Position numbers and translations under genes: made by a program. The notes beneath the pieces were generated by a model. It ran no database searches. It was not told where the DNA came from and worked only from the letters and a program-made list of their open reading frames with translations. Below, in pieces: positions 9,643 to 21,100 of a stretch of 64,000 bases of DNA. The DNA lies in the NCBI GenBank assembly GCA_963703345.1, contig OY969814.1:544001-608000 (forward strand), written 5' to 3'. Numbering within the stretch: position 1 is the stretch's first letter; each line of letters begins with the position of its first letter. The DNA comes from an uncultured Chloroflexia bacterium. Lineage in GTDB: Bacteria; Chloroflexota; Dehalococcoidia; DSTF01; JALHUB01.

Positions 9643-10599
9643 ATGTCTGACATCACTCATCGGATGATCACCGCGAACGGCATCAACATTCACATCGCGG
9701 AACAGGGTCAAGGCCCGCCTGTGCTGCTGCTGCACGGCTTCCCGGAGTTGTGGTACTCCTGGCGCCACCAACTCCCCGCGCTGGCTGACGCAGGGTATCA
9801 CGCCGTCGCGGCAGACGTGCGTGGCTACGGCCGCACGGACGCCCCTCAGCCGGTTGAGAGCTATTCGATGCGCAACCTAACGGGCGACGCTGTTGGCGTG
9901 CTGGACGCGCTCGGTGCCGAGAGGGCGGTCGTTGTCGGCCACGACTGGGGTGCGCCGATTGCCTGGCATTGCGCCCTCCTATATCCGGACCGTTTCTCGG
10001 CTGTGGTCGCGCTCAGCGTGCCGTACACGCGGCGTTCGCGGACGCCGCCAATTCAGGCGTTGAAGCGGATATTCACCGACAACTTCTTCTACATCCTCTA
10101 CTTCCAAGAGCCGGGGGTAGCGGAGGCCGAACTCGAGGCGGACGTCCAGAAGTCGATCCGCCTCACTCTGTACACGTGGTCCGGCGATGCGCCTAAGGGC
10201 GCAGCGTTCGCGTCGAAGCCGAAGAGCGCGAAGCTGCTCGAGGGGATGCCGGAACGCGATGAGCTACCCCGCTGGCTGACGGAGGCAGACCTGGCCTACT
10301 ATGTTGCGGAATTTGAGCGCACCGGCTTCCGCGGCGGACTCAACCGCTATCGCAACATGGACCGCGACTGGGAGGAGCTGGCGCATCTGGAAGATGCCAA
10401 AGTGCAGCAACCGGCTCTCTTCATCGCCGGCGACGGTGACCCCGTGCTCGGCTTCACAAGAATGGATGCGATGAGGACGGACGTGCCAAACCTGCGAAAG
10501 GTAGTGATGCTCCCAGGTTGTGGCCACTGGACGCAGCAGGAGCGTCCCTCCGAGGTCAACCAGGAGCTCCTCGAATTCCTGGCAGCACTCAAGCTCTGA
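9643..10599 (+). CDS. Epoxide hydrolase-like alpha/beta hydrolase
   Basis: HGFPE, GHDWGA, GHWTQQE; AAAGGA RBS before the ATG at 9643. Confidence 0.92.
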   Translation: MSDITHRMITANGINIHIAEQGQGPPVLLLHGFPELWYSWRHQLPALADAGYHAVAADVRGYGRTDAPQPVESYSMRNLTGDAVGVLDALGAERAVVVGHDWGAPIAWHCALLYPDRFSAVVALSVPYTRRSRTPPIQALKRIFTDNFFYILYFQEPGVAEAELEADVQKSIRLTLYTWSGDAPKGAAFASKPKSAKLLEGMPERDELPRWLTEADLAYYVAEFERTGFRGGLNRYRNMDRDWEELAHLEDAKVQQPALFIAGDGDPVLGFTRMDAMRTDVPNLRKVVMLPGCGHWTQQERPSEVNQELLEFLAALKL

Positions 10600-10654
10600 G
10601 ATCCTCTCCCTGCAGAGCGAGCATGAACACGGCTATCGTTCTTCGTTCGCCAGA

Positions 10655-10774
10655 GGAATAGCCCCGCTAGCGTGCACCGAGATCTGCTCCTCCTCTCCTC
10701 TCAGTCAGGAAGGCGTGGAGCGCCCGTTCCCAGCCCGCAGCCTCCTCGCCGATCGGGATGATGGCGGCTATCAT
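10655..10774 (-). pseudogene. Putative 5' remnant of a tyrosine-type integrase
   Basis: GAAGGAG RBS, then MIAAIIPIGEEAAGWERALHAFLTE / frameshift / ERRSRSRCTLA / GYS. Resembles, from memory, the N-terminus of Chloroflexota tyrosine recombinases (WERALYAFLAEKERRSGSxRTVxxYS); not verified by search. Confidence 0.5.
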
Positions 10775-10812
10775 GGCCGTTCTCCTTCGCAAGCGTAGGA
10801 TCACGACCGTAT

Positions 10813-10840
10813 TGCATTAGTGTGCGCGGAAGTCAAGGCG
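10813..10840. repeat. 28-bp dispersed repeat, copy 2
   Basis: Matches 9541-9568; lies just upstream of the integrase-like remnant and reads TTGACT on the minus strand. Confidence 0.85.
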
Positions 10841-10961
10841 ACGCCGAGGCTTGTCAGCCCATTCCCGTCATTTGCGATGGCAGAGGCGCGACGGTATACT
10901 CCAGCACAGCCGACCTGCCGATTCCGCAGAAGATCGGCAACACGAGTCCCAGATTGCTGTC

Positions 10962-13610
10962 ATGGATACTTCAAACTCCGAAGCACATGAGTGGCAAGAC
11001 CTCGACCTCGCCGCGGCGGCCCGACTCGAGACCTCGGCCGTACTCGAACAGTTGGGCAGCTCTGAGAACGGGCTCAGCGCGGCGGAGTCGACGACCCGCC
11101 TTGGGAAAGTAGGCCCTAACGCGGTCCGCAGCCACGGCGCGAGCGCTCTCGACGTACTGCTTCGCCAGGTCAAGAGCCCGTTGCTGATCCTGCTTGTCGC
11201 GGCCGCAGCCACGTCGCTGGTCGTTGGGCAGCGAACCGACTCCCTGATCATCTTTGCCATCATGGCCCTCAGTGTCGGGCTCGGGTTCTTCAATGAGTAC
11301 CGGGCCGCGCGCGCTGTAGAAGCGCTGCATTCTCGCATCCGTCACACCGCCGTCACGTCCCGCGACGGCAAAGCCGTCGAGGTCAATCTCACGGAACTGG
11401 TGCCTGGTGACATCGTGGGTCTCACTGTGGGCGAGGTGGTGCCGGCAGATATGCGACTCCTGGAAGCGAGCGACCTGGCCTGTGACGAGGCGATGCTGAC
11501 AGGCGAGGCGATGCCTGCGGAAAAGGGCATCGATCCCTCGCCTCCGTCCGAATCGCCCCTTGACCTGCCGTCGTGCGCATTCATGGGCACCGTAGTGCGT
11601 ACGGGCTCCGGCCGGGGTGTGGTGGTGCAGACGGGCCGGAACACAGCCTTCGGCCGCATCGCGGTGCGCCTCGGCGAGGCGCACGAGGAGACGGGCTTCC
11701 AGGTCGGGTTGCGCCACTTCTCTGTTCTGCTCGTGCAGGTCACAGCCGTTCTAACCATCTCCATCTTCGTGATCAATGCGGTGCTGCAGCGGCCGCTCCT
11801 GGAATCCGCGCTCTTCGCCCTGGCGATCGCGGTAGGGCTGACTCCCCAACTCTTGCCGGCGATCGTTACGGTCAGCCTCTCGACTGGGGCACGCCATCTG
11901 GCCCGCAAATCGGTCATCGTCAAGCGACTGGTCAGCATCGAGGATCTGGGTAACATCGAAGTCCTCTTCACCGACAAGACGGGCACGCTTACCGAGGGCG
12001 AGATCACCTTCTCAGCAGCGCTCGACATCGCGGGCAACCCGTCGAGCGATGTACTGCTAGACGGGCTGCTCTGCAACTCGGCGGTCCGCGACGCCGGCAG
12101 CGTCGTCGGGGGGAACCCCCTCGATCGCGCCCTCTGGGACGCCCCCGGGGCCGCGAGCAGCCCGGTATCGGGCTACGCGCGCCTCGCCGAGGCCCCATTC
12201 GACTATGACCGCCGGAGGATGTCGGTGCTCGTGCAAGACGGCAGCGGGCGCCGCATGATCATGACGAAGGGCGCGCCGGAGTCGGTGCTGGCGTGTTGCC
12301 ACGAGGTGGCGGCAGACGCTCGCACGCTGCTTGACGCCCAGTTCGAGGCCGGCAGCCGGATCATCGCTGTCGCGACGCGTGACGCAGACGGACTCTCGAC
12401 TCTCAGCCCCCAGGACGAGCATGATCTCGTCCTCGCCGGCTTCCTTTCGTTCGTCGACCGAGCAAAGGCCGGCGCAGGCGCGTCCATAGCGCGACTCAAC
12501 GCTCTGGGCATCACCGTTAAGATCGTCACCGGAGACAACGAGCGCGTAGCAAACAAGCTCTGCGCTGAGCTGGGGGTACCCGTGGCCGGCACGCTGACGG
12601 GCGCCGCGTTAGAAAAGCTCAACGATGACGAGCTCGTGGCGGCGTTACCCTCGACCTCGATCTTCGCCCGGGTGACGCCCGAACAGAAATCGCGGATAAT
12701 CCGCGCCCAACGCAAGCTCGGCGTCGACGTTGGCTTTCTCGGGGACGGCGTCAACGACGCAGTGGCCCTGCACGACGCCGACGTCGGCATCTCGGTGGAC
12801 TCTGGCACGGACGTGGCGAAGGATGCCGCCGACATTGTGCTGCTGGACAAGGACCTGGGCATCCTGGCCAACGGCGTCGTCGAGGGAAGGCGCGTATTCT
12901 CGAACACGATCAAGTACGTGCTAATGGGCACGTCATCCAACTTCGGCAACATGTTCAGCGCGGCCGGCGCCTCCCTCGTTCTGTCCTTCCTGCCGATGCT
13001 GCCGTTTCAGATACTCCTCAACAACCTCCTGTACGACATCAGTGAGATGACGATTCCTACGGACAATGTCGACGAGGAGCTGCTGCAGCGCCCGTCGTAT
13101 TGGGATACGGCTTTCATCCGCAAGTTCATGATGTTCTTCGGCCCGATTAGCTCCGCGTACGACTTCATCACCTTTGGCGTCATGCTGTGGGTCTTCAACG
13201 CTGGCGAAGTGCTGTTCCACTCCGCATGGTTCGTCGAGTCGCTCGCCACGCAGACGCTGGTGATCTTCATCATCCGCACCAGGCGCATTCCCTTCTTCCA
13301 TAGTCGTCCCAGCCTCCCTTTGCTGGCGACGACGCTTACCTGCGCCATCGTTGGCCTGGTGCTCCCTTTCTCACCGGTTGCGGGCGTGCTGGGGTTCACC
13401 GCGCTTCCGGCCGGCTTTCTGGGAATCCTGGTGCTGATGATCGTGACCTATCTGGGTCTGGTCGAGGCGGGGAAGTCCCGGTTCTTCCGACCTGTGCCGG
13501 GTAAGCAGCCTCTGGCCCGGCCGCGGGGGAAATGGGAGAGGCGGATTCACCGGGTTGCGGCGCGCTGGAGCCACCCGAAGCTTCCCGGGGCCAGGGCTAC
13601 CCCACGATAG
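10962..13610 (+). CDS. mgtA: Magnesium-translocating P-type ATPase
   Basis: LTGEAMP, AVGLTPQLLP, DKTGTLT, GDGVND, TSSNFGNMFS, NNLLYD. Start codon uncertain. Confidence 0.9.
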   Translation: MDTSNSEAHEWQDLDLAAAARLETSAVLEQLGSSENGLSAAESTTRLGKVGPNAVRSHGASALDVLLRQVKSPLLILLVAAAATSLVVGQRTDSLIIFAIMALSVGLGFFNEYRAARAVEALHSRIRHTAVTSRDGKAVEVNLTELVPGDIVGLTVGEVVPADMRLLEASDLACDEAMLTGEAMPAEKGIDPSPPSESPLDLPSCAFMGTVVRTGSGRGVVVQTGRNTAFGRIAVRLGEAHEETGFQVGLRHFSVLLVQVTAVLTISIFVINAVLQRPLLESALFALAIAVGLTPQLLPAIVTVSLSTGARHLARKSVIVKRLVSIEDLGNIEVLFTDKTGTLTEGEITFSAALDIAGNPSSDVLLDGLLCNSAVRDAGSVVGGNPLDRALWDAPGAASSPVSGYARLAEAPFDYDRRRMSVLVQDGSGRRMIMTKGAPESVLACCHEVAADARTLLDAQFEAGSRIIAVATRDADGLSTLSPQDEHDLVLAGFLSFVDRAKAGAGASIARLNALGITVKIVTGDNERVANKLCAELGVPVAGTLTGAALEKLNDDELVAALPSTSIFARVTPEQKSRIIRAQRKLGVDVGFLGDGVNDAVALHDADVGISVDSGTDVAKDAADIVLLDKDLGILANGVVEGRRVFSNTIKYVLMGTSSNFGNMFSAAGASLVLSFLPMLPFQILLNNLLYDISEMTIPTDNVDEELLQRPSYWDTAFIRKFMMFFGPISSAYDFITFGVMLWVFNAGEVLFHSAWFVESLATQTLVIFIIRTRRIPFFHSRPSLPLLATTLTCAIVGLVLPFSPVAGVLGFTALPAGFLGILVLMIVTYLGLVEAGKSRFFRPVPGKQPLARPRGKWERRIHRVAARWSHPKLPGARATPR

Positions 13611-13892
13611 TCTGAGGTGCCTAGAGGGAGGGAATCTCGCTGCGTTCTGAACCGCTCAGACCATCGCGGCAGTTCACCGACTGACAGGGGATTCGGGAGC
13701 TCTCGCGGGACACCAACCACACTTCGTGTGCGCTCGTCCTGCCTCTGGCTTGATCCCCGGACCCGTGACTGGCGCTCCAGGTTCGTGCGCCCCTGATCCC
13801 CAATCAGCAACGAAAACCGTGCCATTCCTCTGGATTCACCGTTCGTCGCGGCGTAGTATCGGCGGAGACGCGCGAAGTGCGAGGAGGGAATC

Positions 13893-14900
13893 ATGGAGTA
13901 CCGTTCGTTCGGACGGACTGGCGTGAAAGTAAGCAGCCTCTGTCTCGGCTGCATGATGTTCGGCGGCAGGACAGACCCCGCCGAATCGCAGAAGATCATC
14001 GACCGGGCGCTCGAGGCAGGCATCAATTTCATCGATACCGCAAACGTCTACAGCCTGGGCAAGAGCGAAGAAGCGACCGGCGAAGCACTCAAACGCAACA
14101 GAAGACGAGGGGACGTGGTCTTGGCGACGAAGGTGCATTGGAAGATGGGGGAAGGCGTGAACGACTGGGGCAACAGCCGCCGCCACATCATCGAGCAGTG
14201 CGAAGCAAGCCTCCGCCGTTTGCAGACCGACTCCATCGACCTCTATCAGATCCACCGCCCTCAGCCCGACATCCCGATCGACGAAGCGCTGCGTGCCCTC
14301 GACGATCTGATACACGCTGGCAAGGTGCGCTACATCGGCAGCAGCACTTTTGCAGCCTGGCAGGTGGTCGAGTCGTTGTGGGTCGCGAAGGAGCTCGGCC
14401 TGAATCGATTTGTGTCGGAGCAGCCGCCGTACAATCTCCTCGACCGTCGGATTGAGCGTGAGCTGCTGCCTATGGCGCGGACGTTCGGCCTCGCCGTCAT
14501 ACCGTGGAGCCCGCTTGCGGGCGGCCTCCTGACCGGCAAGTACCAGCGCGGTGAGGAGCCGCCTCCTGGCAGCCGGTTCGAGGATTACGAGAACAACCCA
14601 CTCCTCAGACGTCGCATGAGTGAGCGAATCTATGATGTTGTCGAAGGGTTGCAGCCGCTGGCTGAAGAGAGGGGCGTCGCACTGTCCCAGTTCGCCCTGG
14701 CCTGGTGCATGCAACGACCGGGCGTGACGAGCCCGATCATCGGCCCGCGCACGCTGGAGCAACTCGAAGACAACCTTGGTGCCCTCGAAGTCACATTCAC
14801 CGAAGAGGAACTGAAGCGCATCGATCGCATCGCCCGCCGCGGCGACGCTGTCGCTCCCTTCTACGAGGCGGACTTTGGCCCGCACCCGTATCGGATTTGA
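13893..14900 (+). CDS. Aldo/keto reductase
   Basis: FIDTANVY, SLRRLQTDSIDLYQIH, WSPLAGG. Confidence 0.95.
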   Translation: MEYRSFGRTGVKVSSLCLGCMMFGGRTDPAESQKIIDRALEAGINFIDTANVYSLGKSEEATGEALKRNRRRGDVVLATKVHWKMGEGVNDWGNSRRHIIEQCEASLRRLQTDSIDLYQIHRPQPDIPIDEALRALDDLIHAGKVRYIGSSTFAAWQVVESLWVAKELGLNRFVSEQPPYNLLDRRIERELLPMARTFGLAVIPWSPLAGGLLTGKYQRGEEPPPGSRFEDYENNPLLRRRMSERIYDVVEGLQPLAEERGVALSQFALAWCMQRPGVTSPIIGPRTLEQLEDNLGALEVTFTEEELKRIDRIARRGDAVAPFYEADFGPHPYRI

Positions 14901-15300
14901 GAGAGGGCTCCTCCTCCCAAACGGTGGCAGGGGGCAGGGGCGATATGGTGGTACTGAGTCGGCGAAGGCCGGATGTTGAGACAAGCTTCTCTCTGTAATG
15001 TTACTCTTCGGACTCAGGGTACCTTGAGGTCCCTTAGTGTGCGTCCCCGCAACACCGGGGTCCGGGCGCTGGTGCACCCGAGGCGCTGCTGCCTCGGGAA
15101 AGCGACGCAGCTCTCTCACACCAGATGCTACCTGTACGAGTAACATAGAGGGCGGACTCGTTTTTGGGGGGGCGGGTCTGCTCATCTTCTCGCGAAACTG
15201 GACTGCTTGGGTCGAGCCTTCCCTCGCGCTTGACAATTTCGGCACCAAGACTAAGATAGCTCTGCAACTCTCGGTCCATCCATCATCGGGAGTGATCCTG

Positions 15301-15405
15301 ATGGCCCAAGGCTGGAACACCGTCCGCGTGTTCATCTCATCCACCTTCCGCGACATGCACGCGGAGCGGGACTACCTGGTCAGAGTCGTCTTCCCCGAGC
15401 TGCTG
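15301..15405 (+). pseudogene. N-terminal fragment of a DUF4062-domain protein
   Basis: [34 protein letters not shown], then similarity is lost; TTGACA-16 nt-TAAGAT promoter at 15230-15257. Confidence 0.75.
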
Positions 15406-15459
15406 TACGGGGCAGGGACGGATGCCCGCCAGGGGACTTGTCCAGCCGGCGCAGCCAGC

Positions 15460-16537
15460 TTAGGGTCGTGCCTCGTAGAAAGCGTGCGGGGGGTGAGGCA
15501 GGTCCAACCGCCGGAAGCGCGTGAACCCTGCGGCGCTCACGAGTTCGCGCATGGCCGGCTCGGGGAGGCCGAGAGTTCCGAGCCCAGCACCGCCTGGTTC
15601 AGACAGCCCTGAGGACATGCAAACGAGAACGGATATCGCGTATAACTGGGGCGCCAGTGGATTCCTCAGATTCTCCTCAAAGGTGGGCGCGGTGTTGAAG
15701 TCGATAATGAACCAAGTGCCATCGGGGCTGACCGCCCAGCGGATGGCGGCCGCCACCTCTTCGGGTCGCGTCATGTCATGGAGACAGTCGAGCGTAGTGA
15801 CCAGGTCGAAGCTTGCGTCCGCCGGGAGGGGCTCCAGAGCCACGTTGTGAAAGGTAACGTTCGACTGTCCGGCTTCGTTCCGGTTGGCTTCGGCGCGGAG
15901 CAACGCATACTCCGAGATCTCATAGCCGTGGAATTCGGACGAGGGGAAGGCCCTAGCCATCTCAATGAGGGCAATGCCGGTGCCGCATCCTACGTCGGCG
16001 ACCCGCCCGCCCGCCCTCAGCTTGTCCACCACCCCGTCGAGCATCGGCAACGCTGTGGAGACGAGTTCCTGATGGTACCAGTTGCGCAGTGTCTGCTCGT
16101 ACGCATTGGCCATCTCGGGGCCACCGTCATCCCAGGTCAGGCCGAGGCCGGTGCGGAAAGCCTCCGGCAGTCGCCGCGCTCCATCCATGCTGAGCGGCAA
16201 GGAATAGAAGCTGGGGCCCAGGAACAGCGCGTGGTCCTCGTCGGCGAGGAGAAGCGTGGCCGCCGGCGAGAGTTCGAACCGATAATCGTCGCGATAGTAG
16301 ACCACGCCAGCCGCGGCCTGTCCTCGCAGCCACTCGCGTAGCCACCGTTCGTGGAGTCCGGTGTGACCGGCGAGTTCCTCGCTGGTAGCGGCGCCAGTCT
16401 CCTTGAGCGCCCGGTACAGCCCGAGTCTGAGCCCGACGAGAATCATGATGGATACGTGGGCCCCGACCATCAGCCCCACCAGGCGGTCTATTGACGCTCG
16501 GGCCCTCATCGGGGACCGGCGCCTGGCCCGTCGTCAT
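15460..16537 (-). CDS. wHTH plus class I SAM methyltransferase (probable +1 frameshift near the 5' end)
   Basis: [22 protein letters not shown]. The RBS-preceded ATG at 16537 is one base out of frame at the G/C run around 16500-16505. Confidence 0.85.
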
Positions 16538-16644
16538 GACGTACCTCCCCTCAACGCGCAATCCACAGCAGCCCTACCCTAGACGATCGACATCTTCCGT
16601 GCACGGATACGGGGTATGCGGCGCTACCAGTTCGGCAAACCGCA

Positions 16645-18021
16645 TTACGACGACTCCCTCCAGTGCACCTCGTACAGCCGCACGGGGCCCTCGAAGCCGC
16701 GCAGCGCGGCCTCGCCCCGGTCGGCGAAGAGGAACCCCTTGCCTGCCACCAACTGTCGCACGACGTCCGAGGCTAGTATCTCCTCGCCCTTCGCCTGCGC
16801 CGCGATGCGAGCCGCCATAATGACCGCCGTCCCGAACAGGTCCTCGTCCTCCGCTATCGGCTCGCCCGCGTTCAGCCCCATACGGACGCGTATCAGCGTC
16901 TCCGGGTGCTCATCATCGTGGGCGGCGAAGGCCCTCTGCATGGCAACGGCGCACTCCAGCGCCCGCGTCGCCGATGAGAACGATGCCATGAACCCGTCCC
17001 CCATCGCCTTCACCTCCGCGCCACCGTGGGTCCTGAGCGCATCGCGGACGATGCCGTTGTGGGTGCGCAGGAGCTCCTGGGCCTTGGCATCCCCCAGGCG
17101 CTGGGTAAGGGTTGTGGAGCCCTCTATGTCGGTGAAGAGGATGGTGAGAGGCCCCGACGGAGCGGCTACCGTCTCCGACCTCTCGCTCACGCCTACGAAC
17201 TCCGCGATAGCCTTGTACCCAGCCTCGATCATAGGGTCGCCGGGCAGAAGGGTGTGACTTCTGCCCTCCATGGGGAGGAAGCGGGCCCCGGGTATGCTGG
17301 TCGCCAGCTCGCGGCCGGCCTCAAAGGGTACGATGGTGTCGCCGCGACGGTGAGCTACCAGGGTGGGCGCTGTCACCTGCGGCAAAAGATGCCTCACGTC
17401 GATCTCCGCCAGGGCGGATATAAAGGCAGCGGCGTTCTCGGCCGAAGTGGAAACTCGCTGCAGTTCATTGAACTGCCGTATCGACTCCGCGTCCGCGTCC
17501 GGCATGAACAGGCTCGTAAACAACTGGCGGAACGCTGGCAAATCGCTGTCCCACCCCTGGCGGATCAGGGTCAACATGGCTTCAAGCCCTTGGCGGGCTT
17601 CCTGCGTGTCGAGCAGCCAAGCCTCGCGAGCCCAGGAGCCGTAGAGTATGAGGTGGCTGACCCGCTCTGGGTGGCGCACGGCATACGTGATGGCCGTCGC
17701 GCCCCCCTGAGAGATCCCTTGCAGGGCGAAGCGGTCAAGCCCCAGGGCATCAACCACCGCCTCCAGGTCGCGCAGCTGGGCTTCCAGGGAATAGTCGCTC
17801 ACTCGGCGGTCCGACAACCCCATGCCGCGGCCATCATAGCGGATGAGCCGAAAGAAACGGGAACCAGCGTCGATGGAATAGCGCCCCAGCGGGTTCTCCC
17901 ACTCATACTCCAAGTGGGTCATCCAGCCCTGGGCGCGAACCAGCGCAGGCCCCTGGCCCACCATGGCGTAGGCTATGCGCGTCCCATCCGAGCTGGTGCA
18001 GAAGCGGATATGCTGCTCCAT
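16645..18021 (-). CDS. Alpha/beta hydrolase-class III adenylate/guanylate cyclase fusion
   Basis: YDGRGMGLS and GISQGG; ILFTDIEGST, KAMGDGF, DLFG. Confidence 0.9.
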   Translation of the reverse strand: MEQHIRFCTSSDGTRIAYAMVGQGPALVRAQGWMTHLEYEWENPLGRYSIDAGSRFFRLIRYDGRGMGLSDRRVSDYSLEAQLRDLEAVVDALGLDRFALQGISQGGATAITYAVRHPERVSHLILYGSWAREAWLLDTQEARQGLEAMLTLIRQGWDSDLPAFRQLFTSLFMPDADAESIRQFNELQRVSTSAENAAAFISALAEIDVRHLLPQVTAPTLVAHRRGDTIVPFEAGRELATSIPGARFLPMEGRSHTLLPGDPMIEAGYKAIAEFVGVSERSETVAAPSGPLTILFTDIEGSTTLTQRLGDAKAQELLRTHNGIVRDALRTHGGAEVKAMGDGFMASFSSATRALECAVAMQRAFAAHDDEHPETLIRVRMGLNAGEPIAEDEDLFGTAVIMAARIAAQAKGEEILASDVVRQLVAGKGFLFADRGEAALRGFEGPVRLYEVHWRESS

Positions 18022-18142
18022 GGCGACACCTTTCATGCTCGCTGCGTTCCCCAAGAGTGGCCTGGCGAACAACCGGAATCAGCGCTCTGCGCAGTATGCA
18101 ACCCGTTATTGCTGCGGCTCCTCAGCCCGGTCTCTTCCCACT

Positions 18143-21100
18143 CTACGGCCTAGCCAGCAGCGCTTCCGCCATCTCCACGTGCTTGGGCATGCCGATGCGG
18201 CGATACATGGCGATGGCCTCGGTGAGGAGCTCGCGGGCCTTCTCGCAGTCGCCGGGGGCGTCGCGGTCGATGAGCATGCGGGCGTACCAGCGCCGCACCT
18301 CCGGCTGCTGGATGACGTGGGGCAGCTCGTGGGCCTGGCGCAGGGCCGTCTGGTAGTGCTCCTCCGCCTTCTCCCAGTGTTCCCCGGCCGCCGCCGCCAT
18401 CCCCGCCACAGCATGAAGTAACGGAGAGTACCAAAGAACGACGGCTCCGGTATCGACGGCCTCCAGGACCAACGGGTAGAGCTTCGCGGCCTTCTCTCGT
18501 TCACCGAGGACGGTAAGCCCTTCGACCGCCGCGAAGAGCATCGCCCAGGCCCCTATCACGTTGGCCCGGCCGGGCCGCGGCAGCTTCTCCCGACTCTGCT
18601 CCAGCACCGCAAAGGCTGAATCTCTGTCCCCAACGTATGCCTCCCCCAGGAAGAGAGCCCCCCAGTCATAGCCGGCGAGGACCCCTGGCGGCTCCAGGTT
18701 GGCCGCCTCCTGGTATTGCGCGAGCGCCTGCCCCCACTCTCCCCTCCAGAAATGTACGTCGCCAAGGTAGGTATAGGCGTTGGATATCGCGTTGCTGCCG
18801 GTTCTGCGGCAGAGCTCCAGGTCCGCCTTCGCGTACTCCTCGAACCTTTTGATGTCGCCCGTGACCATGAACTGTCCGTTGACTATACCGCGCCTGACCG
18901 ATAGGAGGGCGCCCAGATAGCCCAGACGCGTGGCCAGCGGCTCCACCTCGCGGCCGATCTCGGCGGCTTCGGTGAGGCGGCCGAGATACAACAGCGCGTA
19001 CTGGGTGTTCCAAGAAATATCAGTCAAGCTGCCGAGGTCTCCGGTTTGCCGCAGGATATCCGCCGCCCGCAGGCCGGCGTTGACCGCGTCTAGCGGCTGC
19101 AAGTGCCAGCCGTGGTGGACGGTCTTGTACCCTAGGACCTGCCCCAGTAGGCGCTGATCGCCCAGCGTCTCAGCCATGGTCAGGGCCTCGTCAAGCAGCG
19201 AGGCGCCCGCGCTGTAATCGCCGGAGAGGCTGAGGTGCGACCCAGTGTGGGCGAGAAGGCGGCAGCGGTCGGCGCTTACCCGCTCGCCCAAGGCGGCCAG
19301 GCCACGCCGCCCGATCTCCAGAGATTCGGCCAGCTTGCCGCTGTAGGCCAATTGCAGGGCCAATGCGAAGGAGACGTGGCCCGCCGCCTCGGCGTTTCCC
19401 AACTCGTCGTAGGCGGCCAGCGCCTCGCGCCAATCGGCCATCGCCTCCTCCCAGCGGCCCAGGCTGCGCAGGGCCAGCCCCCGTTTGTAGAGCAGGTCGG
19501 CCCTCCCTCTCTGGTCATCGGCCGGCTGCAAGGAGAGAGCGTCGTCGTAGTGGCGCAGGGCATCCTCGAAGGCCGCTGCCTCCATGGCTCTCTTTCCCGC
19601 CACCGTCAGGTAGCGCGCCGTCTTCTCGGGGTCGGCGGCGGCCCCCGCCTGGTAGAAATGGTGGGCCAGGTCGGTGGCATGCTCCTCCAGGGTGCGGGCG
19701 TAGAGCCGCTCCATCGCCTCGGCTACCCGCAGGTGCCGCCGCTGCCGCCGGGGCAGTGAGAGGCTGCTGACCAGCGTCTGGCGGATAAGCTCGTGGGCGA
19801 AGCTGAAGCGGGCCTCAGGGCCGTCGGCGGTGGAGGTGATGAGGTGGGCCCGCTCCGCCTCGTCGATGGCGTCCAGAAGGGCGTCGGTGCCCACATCGCC
19901 CAGCGCATCCAGCAGCTCGAAGCTGAAGCTGCGGCCGATGACGGCGGCGACGGTCAGGACCCGCCGGCAGTCCTCGCAGACGCGCTCCAGCCGCCGCCCG
20001 ATGACCAGGCGGACCCCCTCCGGCACGTTCAGCTCGCTCACGCGGAGACCAGGGTGCCAGCGGCCTTGAGCGTCGAACAGCTTTCCCTCCTCTGCCAGAT
20101 GCTGGAACACCTCCTCGACGAAGAAGGGGTTGCCCTCCGTCTCACCATAGACGGCCTGCACCAGCGAGGCCGGCGGCTCCTGGCCGCTGAGGGCCTCCAG
20201 CATCGCCGCCACGCCCGCCTCAGGCAGCCGCCGCAGGGCGATGCGGTGGGCCAGGCGCTGGCGGAGGAGCTCCTCCAGGGCCCTGGCCAAGGGGTGGCCC
20301 ACGTCCAGCTCCACGTCTCGATAGGTGCCCAGGATCATCAGGGGCATCTGGCTAACCTGCTGGGCGATGTGCTGCATCAGCAGCAGGGTCGAGTCGTCGG
20401 CCCAGTGCAGATCGTCCAGCACCAAGAGTATGGGCTGCACGCGGGCCGCCCGCTCCAGGAACTCCTGAAAGCTGTTGAACAGATAGCGCCGCTCCTGCTC
20501 AGGCGGCAGCTCCAGAGGCGGTGGGATGTCGGGGAAGAGGCGGCGCAGCTCCGGCATCAACTTGGCTACCTCTGGCGCCGCATCGCCCAGGGCCTCCCGA
20601 AAAGCCTCTCCCGGAACGATGCGAGCCGTACCCTCCAGCGTCTCCACGAAGGGAATGTAGGGCGGTGCCCCCTCCATCTCGTAGCAGTGTCCGGTCAGGG
20701 CCAGCACCCCACGCTGGCGGGCCTCCAGCAGCAGTTCCTCAGCGAGACGTGTCTTGCCCACGCCGGGCTCGCCGCCGATCAAGACCAGGGCGCCCCGACC
20801 GCGGGTCACCTGGTCGAGGCAGCGCCGGAGCTCCGCCCGTTCCGCCTCCCGGCCTACGAAGGGTGTCCGCTCGGGAAGGCGTAGCCCTGCCGGTCCGATG
20901 GCTTCCTCCTCCCACGACACCCTATGAAGCCGCATAGGCCTGGGGAAGCCCTTGAGCTCCACCTCTCCACGGTCCTCCAGTTCCACCTTCGTCGCCTCGC
21001 CCAGGACACCTTTGGCGGTCTCCGAGATCAGAATCTCGCCGGCATCGGCGTGGTCGGCGATGCGGGCAGCCGCGTTCACCGTCGCCCCGAACAGGTCCGT

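Noticed and set aside
13724-13737. 14-bp match to the start of tRNA-Arg (24824-24837)
   Set aside because: A few 14-mer matches are expected by chance in 64 kb, and no cloverleaf can be formed.
13836-15356. Long antisense or alternate-frame ORFs (also 17026-18153, 19793-20884, 40397-41365, 47258-48319)
   Set aside because: Shadow ORFs of well-supported genes in high-GC DNA, with no recognisable motifs.
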